21,516 nt of DNA. Origin: Salinivirgaceae bacterium. Its GTDB lineage: Bacteria > Bacteroidota > Bacteroidia > Bacteroidales > SZUA-534. How positions within the stretch are numbered: position 1 is the stretch's first letter; every line of letters begins with the position of its first letter. The stretch lies in contig JAKSOL010000030.1 in the NCBI GenBank assembly GCA_024405635.1, positions 1-21,516 on the forward strand, read 5' to 3'. The translations under genes were made by a program, and so were the position numbers. This document shows positions 7,816 through 17,032 of the stretch, piece after piece. A model generated the notes under the pieces. It saw nothing but the letters and a program-made list of their open reading frames with translations, did no database searches and was not told where the DNA came from.

Positions 7816-8094
7816 ATGGCAAAACTTACAGGTAGAGTAATCCCAGGCAAGGCCTTGGTATTACCAGTTGAAAAAGAAGAAAAAACAGCAGGTGGCATTT
7901 ATATTCCCGATTCTGCAAAAGATAAACCACAACAAGGTGAGATTGTTATTCTTGGCGACAACCTTAAGGACGAGCAAATAAATGTTAAAGTTGGCGACAA
8001 CGTAATGTATGGCAAATATTCGGGTACCGAAGTGGAAATAGATGGTACTAAATATATGCTTATTTCAACCAGAGACATTATCTACATCTTCTAA
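7816..8094 (+). CDS. groES: Co-chaperonin GroES
   Basis: EKTAGGIYIPDSAKDKPQQGEIV and VKVGDNVMYGKYSGTEVEIDG; directly upstream of groEL. ATG 7816 preferred over TTG 7771. Confidence 0.95.
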   Translation: MAKLTGRVIPGKALVLPVEKEEKTAGGIYIPDSAKDKPQQGEIVILGDNLKDEQINVKVGDNVMYGKYSGTEVEIDGTKYMLISTRDIIYIF

Positions 8095-8109
8095 TTGACT
8101 AAAAATTAA

Positions 8110-9753
<1,644 letters not shown>

Positions 9754-9777
9754 TAACAATTTGAACCCTATATAACG

Positions 9778-9803
9778 AAGGCTCGCATTTGCGGGCCTTT
9801 TTT
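9778..9803 (+). terminator. Intrinsic terminator after groEL
   Basis: AAGGCTCGCA-TT-TGCGGGCCTTTTTT. Confidence 0.88.
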
Positions 9804-9828
9804 GTTGCTATTAATAGCATGTTAGCAT

Positions 9829-9866
9829 AAAAAAGCCGTTGGCTCAATAATGGACCAACGGCTTTT
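9829..9866 (-). terminator. Intrinsic terminator for the COG0523 gene (possibly bidirectional)
   Basis: AAAAGCCGTTGG...CCAACGGCTTTT perfect 12-bp stem, with a T6 tail on the minus strand. Confidence 0.85.
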
Positions 9867-9885
9867 GTGTATAATGGTTGAATGC

Positions 9886-11241
9886 TTATTTTTTTGCCAA
9901 GCAAGCGTCAAGGTCGGCAATCAATTGCTCCTTATCAAGATGCTGACCAATAAATACAAGTTTTTGCATTCGGTCGCCGTATTCTTCGTCCCAATCTTTC
10001 AAAATAAGTGGGTCGTTTTCAATTAGCTCTTTCAATTCGTCTTCTGGTGCAGTGGCATACCATTGTCCCGATTCGGTTACCTTTTTTTGTACACCAGCTT
10101 GCTCAAAAACGTAGGCCATGTCTGGATTCTGTTTAAAGTAGCAAATACCTTTTGCACGTATTACGTTTCGTGGCCATTTGCTGAATACAAAGGCATCGAA
10201 TTTGTCTAAATCGAAAGCTGGGCGGCGGTAGTAAACAAAAGTGCTGATGCCGTACTCGTCGCCATGAGGGTGATTGTGGTCGTGATGGTGACCGCAGTGG
10301 CACACACCGTGTTCGTGGTCGCAGTGGCTGTGGTCTTCGTGGTCATGGTCATGGTCGTCGTCATCGTGGTGGTGATGGTGGTGGCATTCGCAATCGGGGT
10401 CGTCGCACTCTTCGCCATCGTGATGGTGGTGATGATGGTGCTCATGTTCGTCATCATGGTGGTGATGGTGGTGATGATGTCCTTCGCGTTCAGCTTCTTC
10501 TTCTTCGGTAAGGTCGCGGTCAAATTCTTTTACCCAACCAGCCGATGTGGCAACCTTGCTAAGGTCAAATAGGTGGGTGTTTATTATGCGCGGAATGTCA
10601 ACATTTGCATAGTCGCACTCAATAATTTGGGCTTGAGGTTGCAAAACTCGAATAATGGCTTTGATGCGCTCAAGTTCTTCGGGTTGTACTTCCGATGCTT
10701 TGTTTAAAAGAATAATGTTGCAGAATTCAATTTGTTGAATGATAAGGTTTTCAATGTCGTCGCCTTCAAGTTTCTTGTTTACAAGATTGTTGCCGCAGCC
10801 AAACTCGCTTTGTAGGCGTAGTGCATCAACTACCGATACAATGCTGTCAAGTCGGCAAGCTTCAACTCCCGAGTATTTAAGGCTTTGTTGCTGCATTGTG
10901 CAAATGGTTTGAGCAATTGGCATTGGTTCGCAAATGCCGCTTGCTTCAATCACAATGTAATCAAACTTGCCCATCATCAAAATGTCGTCAATTTGTTTCA
11001 TCAAGTCGGTTTTTAGCGTGCAGCAAATGCATCCGTTTTGCAAGGCTACAAGGCTATCGTCTTTGGTATCGACTATGCCTCCTTTTTGAATCAAATCGGC
11101 ATCAATATTTACTTCGCCAATGTCGTTTACTATTACAGCGAATTTTATGCCGCGCTCGTTGGTTAAAATGTGGTTTACTAATGTTGTTTTTCCACTGCCT
11201 AGATATCCAGTGAGCAATAGAATGGGTGTTGTTTTAATCAT
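9886..11241 (-). CDS. COG0523 / CobW-family G3E GTPase metallochaperone (YciC/ZagA-like) with a His/Cys-rich insert
   Basis: Walker A GYLGSGKT, VIVNDIGEVNIDA, NGCICC (CxCC), IEASG, LLNK and a CobW_C-type C-terminus (RAKG, WDEEYGDRMQKLVFIG). Confidence 0.93.
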   Translation of the reverse strand: MIKTTPILLLTGYLGSGKTTLVNHILTNERGIKFAVIVNDIGEVNIDADLIQKGGIVDTKDDSLVALQNGCICCTLKTDLMKQIDDILMMGKFDYIVIEASGICEPMPIAQTICTMQQQSLKYSGVEACRLDSIVSVVDALRLQSEFGCGNNLVNKKLEGDDIENLIIQQIEFCNIILLNKASEVQPEELERIKAIIRVLQPQAQIIECDYANVDIPRIINTHLFDLSKVATSAGWVKEFDRDLTEEEEAEREGHHHHHHHHDDEHEHHHHHHHDGEECDDPDCECHHHHHHDDDDHDHDHEDHSHCDHEHGVCHCGHHHDHNHPHGDEYGISTFVYYRRPAFDLDKFDAFVFSKWPRNVIRAKGICYFKQNPDMAYVFEQAGVQKKVTESGQWYATAPEDELKELIENDPLILKDWDEEYGDRMQKLVFIGQHLDKEQLIADLDACLAKK

Positions 11242-11420
11242 TGTATATCAGTGTTTTGTGTTGTTTTGCGCAAATTGTTGTGCATTTGGCAAAGTTTTGC
11301 AGAAAAAATAAGATTGTCAACAACTTTCAAAAGCCAAAACTTGGTTGTTTTTTTGTCAAGATGATGAGCAATAATCTAAAATAAAATTGCGTTTGTTAAA
11401 TGTTGCTTTTGCAAGTGGAG

Positions 11421-11428
11421 TACATTTG
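11421..11428 (+). promoter_or_regulatory. -7 box for the sugar transferase gene
   Basis: TACATTTG(CA), 25 nt before ATG 11454. Confidence 0.6.
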
Positions 11429-11453
11429 CAAACTGCAAACAACTTTTTGTTTA

Positions 11454-12878
11454 ATGAAAGAAAAAAACGTAACGCTGCATACCTGCAAATACTTGGCACT
11501 TGATTATGTGTCGGCTTTTGTGGCATGGTTTACTTTTTTCATGTTTCGCAAACAAGTTGAGGTCCCTCCAATGGACTATAAACAAGTTTTGGCGCAAGGC
11601 GACGCAATGCTTTATGTTGGGCTTGTGGTGGTGCCTCTTTTTTGGTTGCTTTTGTATTACATTGTGGGAGCCTACAATAATATTTATCACAAGGCTCGAG
11701 TGCAGGAACTTGGTCAAACTTTGGTTGTTAGCATAATTGGTTCGGTGCTTATTTTCTTTGCTCTTATTCTTAACGACAATATTCAAAATTACCGAAACTA
11801 CTACCAGCTTTTTTGTTTCTTGTTTAGCGTTCATTTTGGGTTGACATGCGTTGGTAGAACGATAATTACAAGTTTGACAATCAGACAATTGCGTCGCCGC
11901 CAAATAGGTTTTCCTACTATTATTATTGGCAATAACGAGCAAGCTTTGCAAATGTATTGCGACCTAACAAGCAAACCCAAGTCGGCGGGAGAGCAATTTG
12001 TGGGTTTTGTAACAATAAATGGCGAGGGCACCCAACCGCTTGATAGCTATTTGCCATTTTTAGGCAAACTCGAAAATTTGATTCAAATAATAAAACAGCA
12101 CAAAATTGAAGAGGTGATTATTGCTGTTAATTCGGCGGAACGTACTGAAATTCAGCGCATTTTAACACAAGTTAAATCAACCGATGTAATCATAAAAGCC
12201 ATTCCCGATATGCTTGATGTTATTTCGGGTAAAGTAAAAATGTCTTCAATTTTTGGATCACCATTTGTTGAGTTGTCGCACGATTTGATGCCAGCATGGG
12301 AAGCAAATATTAAACGTTTGGCCGACATTGTAGTGTCGTTAATTGTGCTAGTTTCAATTAGTCCGTTTATGCTTGTATTAGCGGTTTGTGTTAAACATTC
12401 GTCAATCGGGCCAGTATTTTACCTTCAAGAACGCATTGGGCGCTATGGCAAGCCATTCAACATTATCAAATTTCGTACAATGTACACCGATGCCGAAAAA
12501 TATGGTCCAGCATTGGCAAGCAAAGACGACAAACGCATAACTCCCATTGGTCGCGTGATGCGCAAAATGCGATTTGATGAACTGCCACAGTTTATCAATG
12601 TGCTTAAAGGCGACATGTCGTTGGTTGGCCCACGTCCCGAGCGCCAGTTCTTTATTAGTAAAATAGCCGAAAAAGCCCCACACTACTATTCGGTTTTTAA
12701 AGTGCGTCCCGGAATAACATCGTGGGGACAAGTAAAGTATGGTTATGCCGAAACGGTTGACGAAATGGTCGATCGCCTTAAATACGACATTATTTATCTT
12801 GAAAACATGTCGCTTTACACCGATATTAAGATTTTGATTTACACGGTGAAAACAGTGTTAGAGGGTCGAGGCCAATAG
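11454..12878 (+). CDS. Polyprenyl-phosphate glycosylphosphotransferase (WcaJ/WbaP-like bacterial sugar transferase)
   Basis: Four N-terminal TM segments, CoA-binding-like middle domain, KFRTM, DKRITPIGRVMRK, DELPQFINVLKGDMSLVGPRPER, VRPGIT. ATG 11454 chosen because the -7 box lies inside the longer ORF. Confidence 0.92.
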   Translation: MKEKNVTLHTCKYLALDYVSAFVAWFTFFMFRKQVEVPPMDYKQVLAQGDAMLYVGLVVVPLFWLLLYYIVGAYNNIYHKARVQELGQTLVVSIIGSVLIFFALILNDNIQNYRNYYQLFCFLFSVHFGLTCVGRTIITSLTIRQLRRRQIGFPTIIIGNNEQALQMYCDLTSKPKSAGEQFVGFVTINGEGTQPLDSYLPFLGKLENLIQIIKQHKIEEVIIAVNSAERTEIQRILTQVKSTDVIIKAIPDMLDVISGKVKMSSIFGSPFVELSHDLMPAWEANIKRLADIVVSLIVLVSISPFMLVLAVCVKHSSIGPVFYLQERIGRYGKPFNIIKFRTMYTDAEKYGPALASKDDKRITPIGRVMRKMRFDELPQFINVLKGDMSLVGPRPERQFFISKIAEKAPHYYSVFKVRPGITSWGQVKYGYAETVDEMVDRLKYDIIYLENMSLYTDIKILIYTVKTVLEGRGQ

Positions 12879-12890
12879 CCCTACGCCTGT

Positions 12891-13139
12891 TTATTTTTCT
12901 TTTGGAGGTACAGGATCGTAACCATGGCCGCCCCACGGGTGGCATCGAGCCAGCCGCTTTATTGTGAGCCAACTGCCTTTTATCGGTCCGTGAATTTTAA
13001 GCGCCTCAATTGCATATTGCGAGCAAGTGGGAGTGTATCTGCAGCTATTGGGTAGTAAAGGCGAAATGCAAAGCTGATAAATGCGTATTGGTATAATCAA
13101 AAGAAACGATATAGCTCTACCTATCATAATTATGCTCAT
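12891..13139 (-). CDS. yidD: Membrane protein insertion efficiency factor YidD
   Basis: [35 protein letters not shown] and [14 protein letters not shown]. Confidence 0.95.
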   Translation of the reverse strand: MSIIMIGRAISFLLIIPIRIYQLCISPLLPNSCRYTPTCSQYAIEALKIHGPIKGSWLTIKRLARCHPWGGHGYDPVPPKEK

Positions 13140-13146
13140 TTTTGCC

Positions 13147-13161
13147 CAAAATTATAATTTG
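13147..13161. promoter_or_regulatory. Overlapping divergent -7-like boxes between yidD and tsaC
   Basis: Near-palindrome CAAAATTATAATTTG. The minus strand gives an exact TAATTTTG (13147-13154); the plus strand gives an imperfect TATAATTTG. Confidence 0.45.
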
Positions 13162-13163
13162 CA

Positions 13164-13730
13164 ATGAACGACGATATAAAAAATGCACTTGAAGTGCTTC
13201 GACAAGGTGGAGTTATCCTTTATCCAACCGACACAGTGTGGGGCTTGGGCTGCGATGCAACGAACGAACAAGCGGTTGCTCGCATTTTTGAAATTAAAAA
13301 GCGTGCCGATAGCAAATCAATGATTCTGCTAGTTGATACACCTGCTCGCATATTTGGTTATGTTGACGATGTTCCCGACGTGGCAATGCAGATGTACGAC
13401 ATAGTTTCTGAGCCTACAACCATTATTCTCGAAGGAGCCAAAAACTTAGCACCTAATGTAGTTTGCTCCGACGATAACAGTGTGGGCATTCGTGTGGCTG
13501 ACGAGGATTTTTGTCGTAATTTAATTTCTCGATTCCGCAAACCTATTGTGTCCACTTCGGCAAACATTAGCGGCAACCCAACACCTTCGTTTTTTAGTCA
13601 AATTGACGAGCAAATTGTGTCGGCTGTCGATTATGTAGTAAAGTACAGACAAGAAGACGAAACTCCACATAAACCATCGTCAATAATTAAAATTGGCAAG
13701 GGCGGACAAGTGAAAATTATTCGTAAGTAA
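13164..13730 (+). CDS. tsaC: L-threonylcarbamoyladenylate synthase (YrdC/Sua5 short form)
   Basis: YPTDTVWGLGCDA, IFEIKKR, VGIRV, PIVSTSANISG, KPSSII. Confidence 0.95.
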   Translation: MNDDIKNALEVLRQGGVILYPTDTVWGLGCDATNEQAVARIFEIKKRADSKSMILLVDTPARIFGYVDDVPDVAMQMYDIVSEPTTIILEGAKNLAPNVVCSDDNSVGIRVADEDFCRNLISRFRKPIVSTSANISGNPTPSFFSQIDEQIVSAVDYVVKYRQEDETPHKPSSIIKIGKGGQVKIIRK

Positions 13731-13733
13731 TTG

Positions 13734-14816
13734 ATGCGTGGTTTGTTGTCCATATTGCTCCTTTTGATTGTGTCGCAAACCATGGCGCAACCAATAGGCG
13801 CATTTATCGACTACGATCATAAGTTTTATGTGCTCGACGACGAACAATTTCGCCAAGTAGAGTTCCAAAAAGTTCAATCGTACGCCATTGGCACTAAATG
13901 TGTTTCGTACACCGACAATGGAGGTTGGCTCAAAGCTTACTCAAACCACATTCGCTACGATGTGTCGCCTGCTGTTGACGAGTATTGGCAAACCGATCAT
14001 CTGCTTGCTTTTCGCATCGGGCAACTATTGTTTGCCTTTGTCAACGGAAACAAGTACGCTGTGGCCTCGTTTGCTAGCCACTATTCAGTAGGCGATAGCG
14101 TTATTGCTTATGTTGACGATGTACACCGACTATTCAATGTGTTTTACAATGAAAGGCAAATTCAACTCGAAGATTTAAATATCGAAGACGACTTGCTCTA
14201 CTTTAAGTCAGGTTCAAACCTTGTTGCTTATGTCGATGCCTACAACACCTTCAAAATTTTTTATCAAAATAAAATTTATTCGCTGTTAAAAACCGATGAC
14301 GCTATTCCTGTTGAAGTGGGGCAGAACGTTGCAGCATTTTATGACCTAGATGGCGAACAATTTTACCTTTTTCATCGTGGGAAAACTCGCGTGCTTGAAA
14401 AAATGCCGCCTGTTGAAGTTAAGGCTGGCCACGATATGGTGGCGTATGTAAATGCTCTTGAAAATTTTATGGTTTTTGATGGCGACTCGCTTTACGAGGT
14501 TTTGGGCTATGCTCCCGATTTTTTCGAAATAAAACGCCGAATGTTAGTCTATGGTTCGCATAACCAATTCTTTTTGGTTGAAAACGGGCGCACTCAATTA
14601 ATTGAAAACTACATTCCATTACAATATAGCATCAATGGCAACAACTTGGTTTACATAAATCAAAACGGAAACCTTGTAATGTGGCGCAATGGTCAGCCTC
14701 AAGTGCTTTCGTACTCAAACATCAATAGTTTTTTCACCATTGGCGATATGGTGATTTTTAATGAGGGGATAAATACCACAAAAATTTACATTAGCGGAAA
14801 AATATATAAAAGATGA
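13734..14816 (+). CDS. Secreted hypothetical protein with about nine beta-rich repeats
   Basis: Signal peptide ending TMA/Q; recurring G-x3-V-A-(Y/F)-x-D...F-x-(V/I/L)-F units of about 36-42 aa; starts 3 nt after the tsaC stop. Confidence 0.8.
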   Translation: MRGLLSILLLLIVSQTMAQPIGAFIDYDHKFYVLDDEQFRQVEFQKVQSYAIGTKCVSYTDNGGWLKAYSNHIRYDVSPAVDEYWQTDHLLAFRIGQLLFAFVNGNKYAVASFASHYSVGDSVIAYVDDVHRLFNVFYNERQIQLEDLNIEDDLLYFKSGSNLVAYVDAYNTFKIFYQNKIYSLLKTDDAIPVEVGQNVAAFYDLDGEQFYLFHRGKTRVLEKMPPVEVKAGHDMVAYVNALENFMVFDGDSLYEVLGYAPDFFEIKRRMLVYGSHNQFFLVENGRTQLIENYIPLQYSINGNNLVYINQNGNLVMWRNGQPQVLSYSNINSFFTIGDMVIFNEGINTTKIYISGKIYKR

Positions 14817-15208
14817 AACGGATTGTTTTTATGGCACTTTTAATGGTTAGTGTCGTATCGTGCAAAAAAGACCAAAGTAGAGACTCAATTCTTGGAGTGT
14901 GGCATTGTGAAGAAAATCGCTCACACTCATCATCAGGTTTTGCACAATATTCCGTAACAATTTTGAACGACCCAGAGGCTACCGATACCTCAATGTTTGT
15001 GTTTAGTAACCTTTACCAAATGGGAGTATCAACCACTCGGTATGTTCATTTTACACTCAATGGTAATGTTATTGAAATTCCGTATCAAGAACTTGATAAT
15101 CAAAGTGTTGAAGGGGAAGGAACAATAGAATCAGACTTCTCAAAAATCAATTTAAAATACACCGTTACAACCTCGTTTGCCGACAAAGTTGTATCAACTT
15201 TAAAGTGA
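14813..15208 (+). CDS. Hypothetical lipoprotein
   Basis: MKR, hydrophobic stretch, lipobox VVSC followed by KKD; ILGVW lipocalin-like start; ATGA overlap with the upstream gene. Confidence 0.8.
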   Translation: MKRIVFMALLMVSVVSCKKDQSRDSILGVWHCEENRSHSSSGFAQYSVTILNDPEATDTSMFVFSNLYQMGVSTTRYVHFTLNGNVIEIPYQELDNQSVEGEGTIESDFSKINLKYTVTTSFADKVVSTLK

Positions 15209-15267
15209 CATTTGTATAGTGCTGATTATTAACGCGTAAGTGTTGATAATAATTGGGCAACTGCAAA

Positions 15268-15296
15268 TTTGTCACAATTCATTCCGTGTAGTTTTG
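15268..15296 (+). promoter_or_regulatory. sigmaA promoter (-33 TTTG / -7 TAGTTTTG)
   Basis: TTTG at 15268-15271 and TAGTTTTG at 15289-15296 (17-nt spacer), 21 nt before ATG 15318. Confidence 0.55.
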
Positions 15297-15317
15297 CTTA
15301 TGATAAATTATTAGCAG

Positions 15318-16214
15318 ATGCTACGTATAGGAATAGTAGGTGTTCAAAATGCCAAAATGTATGTTGATGTCATGTCATCAATTCCGGCAATGCTGTTTAA
15401 AGGTGTGTACGATCCCAGCCTTTTACTCGACCGTATTCGTCGGTCAAACTATCCGTCCTTTTCGTCGCTTGGCGAAATGTGCGAGAGCTGCGATGCTGTT
15501 GTTTTTGCTAGCAACGACAACATTAACATGCCTTTGATTGAGGAAACACTTCGCAACGGTCGTCATGTTTTTGTCGAAAATATGAGCACCTATACTGAGC
15601 AAGAACTAATAGCATTAAAACTTTTAAGCCGCGAGGCCGAAGTTGTTCTCCAAATAGGGCATCCTTATCTATATAGCGAATTCTTTCACAAGGTTAAAGA
15701 ACTTTGTTCACAACCATTTGACATCCAAACCGAAGTTAATATTACCAACGAACGCTCGCTTACATCAGTTGCTCGCACCGAAGTGGCTGCTCTGCTTGCT
15801 ATTGTGCAAAGTAACATTCGTCGCTCTCAAATAAATGTATATTCTGTTTTTAGCGAAATACCCGATGCGCTGCGCCTTCGTGTCGATTTTGACAATGGTG
15901 CTGTTGGTAGCATTATAATTACTAAAAGCCACTTGGCCGAGCAACACACAATGCGTTTAATAGGATTTGATAGCATTGAAGCGGCCGACTACTGCCGACA
16001 AACTATTGACTACTCGTTAAGCGATGGCTTACAAAAAACAACCCGCAGTTTAAAAATTGAAAGTGTACCATCGTTATTTAACCAACTCAATGCATTTCAG
16101 CAAGCTATTAGTGGAGAGTTAATCCAAGGTTGCGATGTGGAATTAGAATTACTCACTCAATCAATAGTTGACAAAGTTAAAGCCAAGTTGCGAGTTAACT
16201 TTAATGTGTTTTAG
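15318..16214 (+). CDS. Divergent Gfo/Idh/MocA oxidoreductase-like protein
   Basis: MLRIGIVG, GVYD, CDAVVFAS, GRHVFVE, LQIGH and RVDFDNGAVG follow the family layout, but the GxGxxG and EKP motifs are lost. Confidence 0.68.
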   Translation: MLRIGIVGVQNAKMYVDVMSSIPAMLFKGVYDPSLLLDRIRRSNYPSFSSLGEMCESCDAVVFASNDNINMPLIEETLRNGRHVFVENMSTYTEQELIALKLLSREAEVVLQIGHPYLYSEFFHKVKELCSQPFDIQTEVNITNERSLTSVARTEVAALLAIVQSNIRRSQINVYSVFSEIPDALRLRVDFDNGAVGSIIITKSHLAEQHTMRLIGFDSIEAADYCRQTIDYSLSDGLQKTTRSLKIESVPSLFNQLNAFQQAISGELIQGCDVELELLTQSIVDKVKAKLRVNFNVF

Positions 16215-16281
16215 ATTAAAAACATTATTGTAGTTAATGAGTCCATTAACTTATATGCTGATTAAAATTTACCATTAATTC

Positions 16282-16323
16282 AAAAAAAAGTCGGAAGCCG
16301 ATAATTAAAATCAAACTTCCGAC
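16282..16323 (-). terminator. Intrinsic terminator, likely for dfx
   Basis: GTCGGAAG...CTTCCGAC 8-bp stem with a large, partly paired loop; A8 on the left gives a T-tail on the minus strand. Confidence 0.65.
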
Positions 16324-16393
16324 ATGCATGCAATCAGTTTTGTTGTATTAGTAAAAACCAACAAACTAAAGACTTTAGGAAAAAATAATAAAC

Positions 16394-16798
16394 TTACATC
16401 TGCTCATTTTTCCACAAACCATGCAGATTGCACAAAGCTCTAGCAGAAACAGGTTCATTATATCGGCAAATATTACCACAATTGAATCTGAATTTTGCTT
16501 CGGGTTTGTCGCCAGGTTTTAGTCGTTTTCTGCACAATTTGTTACCCGCAATTAATTCAATCCACTCAATGTAGTGCTCAGGAGTCATTGGATGCTCATC
16601 TTGACCAATCTTAACCATCCAACCTCCAACAATTTTGGTTATTTCAGGTACATGTTTTTCCATAGAAGCATCTTCGGTATTACCTTTAAGCAATGTCATA
16701 GGAGTACCACAACATACAAGTTGACCTGCCGAGGCATTCGTAACTTCAACCACGTTGCCACAAATGCTGCATTTGTAAATTTCATTAATGTTAGTCAT
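16394..16798 (-). CDS. dfx: Desulfoferrodoxin (2Fe superoxide reductase)
   Basis: Centre I CSIC...CCG; centre II EKHVP, HPM..EHYIEWIE and CNLHGLW. Start at ATG 16798 (alternative 16804). Confidence 0.95.
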   Translation of the reverse strand: MTNINEIYKCSICGNVVEVTNASAGQLVCCGTPMTLLKGNTEDASMEKHVPEITKIVGGWMVKIGQDEHPMTPEHYIEWIELIAGNKLCRKRLKPGDKPEAKFRFNCGNICRYNEPVSARALCNLHGLWKNEQM

Positions 16799-16885
16799 AA
16801 TCATATAGTTTTTTTTTGTTAAACCGATGTAAATATGCAAACACTTATTCTTTGAATATCAGTTAATTAGTTATCAAAACGCAAC

Positions 16886-16904
16886 ATTGATAGTCTTTAT
16901 CAAT
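16886..16904. promoter_or_regulatory. Perfect inverted repeat ATTGATA-N5-TATCAAT, candidate operator
   Basis: 7-bp arms between the divergent dfx and rsfS genes; contains ATAG-N7-CAAT. Confidence 0.45.
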
Positions 16905-16916
16905 CGAGTCAATTTT

Positions 16917-16967
16917 TGACAACCTGTCAGTAGTTTTACTTTCAGCAAAATTTGGCATAAATGTGGC
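16917..16967 (+). promoter_or_regulatory. Candidate operator plus sigma54-like element upstream of rsfS-ftsH
   Basis: Palindrome TGACA-ACC-TGTCA(G) at 16917-16930, 21 nt, then TTGGCATAAATGTGGC at 16952-16967 with exact GG-N10-GC. Confidence 0.55.
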
Positions 16968-17002
16968 ATAAGAGCACAACAAACTAATACCATAAAAATC
17001 AC

Positions 17003-17010
17003 TACATTTG
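17003..17010 (+). promoter_or_regulatory. sigmaA -7 box for the rsfS operon
   Basis: TACATTTG(CC), 22 nt before ATG 17033. Confidence 0.6.
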
Positions 17011-17032
17011 CCAACTATTGTAAATACCAGAT

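Noticed and set aside
10206-10572. Thr-rich and Val/Met-rich ORFs
   Set aside because: Alternative-frame readings of the His-rich insert in the COG0523 gene.
11451-11951. 166-aa minus-strand ORF
   Set aside because: Antisense to the TM-coding part of the sugar transferase, with composition typical of a shadow ORF.
16857-16869. IHF-like WATCARnnnnTTR sites (also at 11246-11258)
   Set aside because: Low-information motif expected by chance in AT-rich intergenic DNA.
16887-16903. FNR box
   Set aside because: The TTGAT/ATCAA spacing is 7 nt rather than the required 4.
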